Of a stretch of DNA of 64,000 nucleotides, positions 62,340 through 64,000 are shown one piece after another. Within the stretch, counting starts at the first letter, position 1, and each line of letters opens with the position of its first letter. The position numbers were made by a program, and so were the translations under genes. The DNA is from an uncultured Prolixibacteraceae bacterium (GTDB lineage: Bacteria; Bacteroidota; Bacteroidia; Bacteroidales; FEN-979). The notes beneath the pieces are model-generated. The model did not search any database. It was not told where the DNA came from and saw only the letters and a list, made by a program, of their open reading frames with translations. The stretch is from the NCBI GenBank assembly GCA_964642545.1, contig CAZXQU010000003.1, positions 22,443-86,442 on the forward strand. The letters are read 5' to 3'.

Positions 62340-63479
62340 TCAAGCAGACAACAGCTCATGATCATGGGCTGAATTGAGGAGGTTCTGAATAGGCCTGAAT
62401 TCATGTCGAATAATTTCCCATTTTTCAGGATACTGATTAAAAAGCTGGATAATACGCCTTTGGTGTTTCCTAAGGGCATCAGTAATAGCTGGTGCTGAAA
62501 TAGGGGTAGGGAATTCTTTGCCAACATTAGCACTCGTTAGGTTGTCCTTTCGTTGCTTAATACCAGAAGCAGCAAGTTCAAGCCTGTCAAGTAACAAGTG
62601 TGTTTTTATCATACGCTGCGGAAGTCCTTCAATGACTTCATTAGGTAATTTTGAATGGCCAGGTTCAGGAAATCTGATGTGGTAATCCGCGATGAGCAAT
62701 TGCGTCGATTGAGCAGTAGAGAATAAGGCTCCTGCAAATTCAAGAGCTTCGCGAATAACACTCTCCAATTGCGCTAATTCGCCACTGAATGATTTCAATT
62801 TAATTTTGGCAGAATCAGTAAGGGAGGCCTTTGTTCCAAGGCTTTCAGCAATTTGAAAAAGATAATGATGTGCCAGCGCCAGAATTCCTTCACGACCCTT
62901 CTGAGCCAGCAATTCCAATTCATCCCGCAGTTGATCCCGTTCTCTTACCACTTGTCTGATCTGATCGTTAAATGTTGATGCTATGTGATTGTGAGAAGCA
63001 GTGATGTCGAATAGTGTCCGAATACTATTGGAGAGGAGAAACCCAACCATGTTCTTATGTTGGGCAGAAAATGGCTCACTTACTTTATCCAATAAAAAAT
63101 TGCTGAGGTTCTCGTTGAAATAGATAAAGTAAAGATCTGATAAAAACGAATCAGTGTTATAATAATTAATCATTAATACACTGTTTTTCAATTCACTAAA
63201 TATAGTTAGTTGAATCTTATCTTTAGCGACAATATCAAATGGAACTTGGTTGTTGGGAAACCAATGATAGGGTTGAGTTGATTTATTGAATCCTGAAAAT
63301 ATAGCCGATCCTGCCTCCAATCGAATAGAATCAGTTTTATAATTCCCATCCTCTTTTTTTAAAAGAAATGCTGCCATTTGGGTGCTATCCTTCTGAAAAT
63401 GAACAAGAACAACCTGTTCAATCCCGGGTATCAAACCAGGAATAAGAGACAAAACCCGCAATGATGCTATTTCTTTCAA
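62340..63479 (-). CDS. hypothetical cytoplasmic protein (379 aa)
   Basis: Long ORF with normal composition. I recognised no motif. It lies 23 nt upstream of the SDR gene on the same strand. Confidence 0.5.
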   Translation of the reverse strand: MKEIASLRVLSLIPGLIPGIEQVVLVHFQKDSTQMAAFLLKKEDGNYKTDSIRLEAGSAIFSGFNKSTQPYHWFPNNQVPFDIVAKDKIQLTIFSELKNSVLMINYYNTDSFLSDLYFIYFNENLSNFLLDKVSEPFSAQHKNMVGFLLSNSIRTLFDITASHNHIASTFNDQIRQVVRERDQLRDELELLAQKGREGILALAHHYLFQIAESLGTKASLTDSAKIKLKSFSGELAQLESVIREALEFAGALFSTAQSTQLLIADYHIRFPEPGHSKLPNEVIEGLPQRMIKTHLLLDRLELAASGIKQRKDNLTSANVGKEFPTPISAPAITDALRKHQRRIIQLFNQYPEKWEIIRHEFRPIQNLLNSAHDHELLSA

Positions 63480-63497
63480 CGCAATTTGATGAAATAA

Positions 63498-63594
63498 TTA
63501 AGCAAATATACAAGAAATATTCTGCTTAAGCAAATTTAAGCTTAATTAAGTGCTTAATTATTTAATTTGATCACTTAAGTATTAGCTGTTAAGC
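63498..63594. promoter_or_regulatory. cluster of seven TTAAGC/GCTTAA hexamers, including the 10-nt direct repeat TTAAGCAAAT x2 and the palindrome CTTAATTAAG
   Basis: TTAAGC occurs at 63498, 63526, 63536 and 63589. GCTTAA occurs at 63524, 63540 and 63552. The cluster sits in a divergent AT-rich spacer. Confidence 0.4.
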
Positions 63595-63680
63595 CAATAA
63601 TTTCGTTTAAATCATTTGCTCTCTCTATTATAATGATCTAGTTTTATCCTTTAATTGATTAAATCTTACTTAAATCTACT

Positions 63681-63881
63681 ATGATGAATAACTTAAATCA
63701 ATCCCTGCAAAATAGTGAATACTATCGCGTCATGGAAAAGCGTATCAGATATTATTCCAATAAGTATGATCCACATACAATATTCTTTGAACAGCCACAT
63801 ATCTTTGTGGAAAATACATCTGTTGTAAAAAGAAAAAAGGGAATCTCAACCCTAATCACAATTTTCATGAATATTTTTTAG
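63681..63881 (+). CDS. hypothetical small protein (66 aa), weak
   Basis: The ORF lies in very AT-rich DNA and I recognised no motif. Confidence 0.2.
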   Translation: MMNNLNQSLQNSEYYRVMEKRIRYYSNKYDPHTIFFEQPHIFVENTSVVKRKKGISTLITIFMNIF

Positions 63882-63946
63882 GCATGTATTGATTTTCGAA
63901 ATGGTTTATTGTACTTTTACTGCTTAAACCATCTAATCTATTTCAA

Positions 63947-64000
63947 ATGAGAACATTCGGGAAAATCGTCTTATGGCTATTAATTATTATCGCAGTTCTG
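63947..64000 (+). CDS. start of a membrane/secreted protein, truncated by the window edge
   Basis: ATG followed by MRTFGKIVLWLLIIIAVL (signal/TM-like). Only 18 codons are visible. Confidence 0.25.
   Translation, partial: MRTFGKIVLWLLIIIAVL

Overview
This 64-kb chromosomal segment reads as Bacteroidota. That is an inference from four T9SS-type C-terminal sorting domains, TAnnTTTG -7 promoter boxes, rpmG-DUF4295-ftsY-rimO synteny and many secreted or lipoprotein glycosidases. I count about 56 densely packed protein genes on both strands. I saw no rRNA, tRNA, CRISPR array, transposase or phage genes. Layout: (i) 1-16.9 kb holds secreted peptidases and N-glycan-type enzymes (M64, BNR/sialidase-fold, asparaginase II, C69, GH92, EEP, GH2 beta-mannosidase, galK/galM) plus a decayed GH18 relic and a window-edge glycyl-radical activase that the ORF track misses. 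(ii) 17-28.7 kb is mixed housekeeping (SDR, MscS, an EXPERA/TMEM97-like membrane protein next to an OYE flavoenzyme, M23, GH31, metallophosphoesterase, SSS symporter, Ogt). (iii) 28.8-41.7 kb is a glycosidase block without SusC/SusD (cysteine-less FGE-fold fusion, 4-repeat secreted protein, CAP+SPOR, DUF2961/GH172-like, (alpha/alpha)6 hydrolase, GDE-like giant, HAD). (iv) 41.8-52.7 kb is housekeeping (radical SAM, PepC, Aat, aminotransferase, SDR, XerD, crotonase, rpmG, ftsY, rimO). (v) 53-58.5 kb is a visibly AT-richer TonB-dependent uptake locus with two propeller-like partners and T9SS-sorted proteins. (vi) 58.5-64 kb holds OsmC, Nudix, ClpS, a steroid-5-alpha-reductase-family protein and an NAD reductase. 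The most interesting non-coding signals are three. First, an orphan GC-rich ~300-nt segment (about 60155-60460) has its own promoter box, stacked GNRA hairpins and mutually exclusive end helices; I could not assign it to a known RNA class. Second, the 92-nt spacer at 3948-4039 is an inverted, gene-less copy of the sequences that bracket the SDR gene at 46163-46969, an empty-site/filled-site pattern next to xerD. Third, nearly every intergenic spacer carries its own private 7-11-nt micro-tandem repeat, and related GC-rich oligomers sit in-frame inside two glycosidase genes. All family assignments come from motifs read by eye, and no database search was possible.
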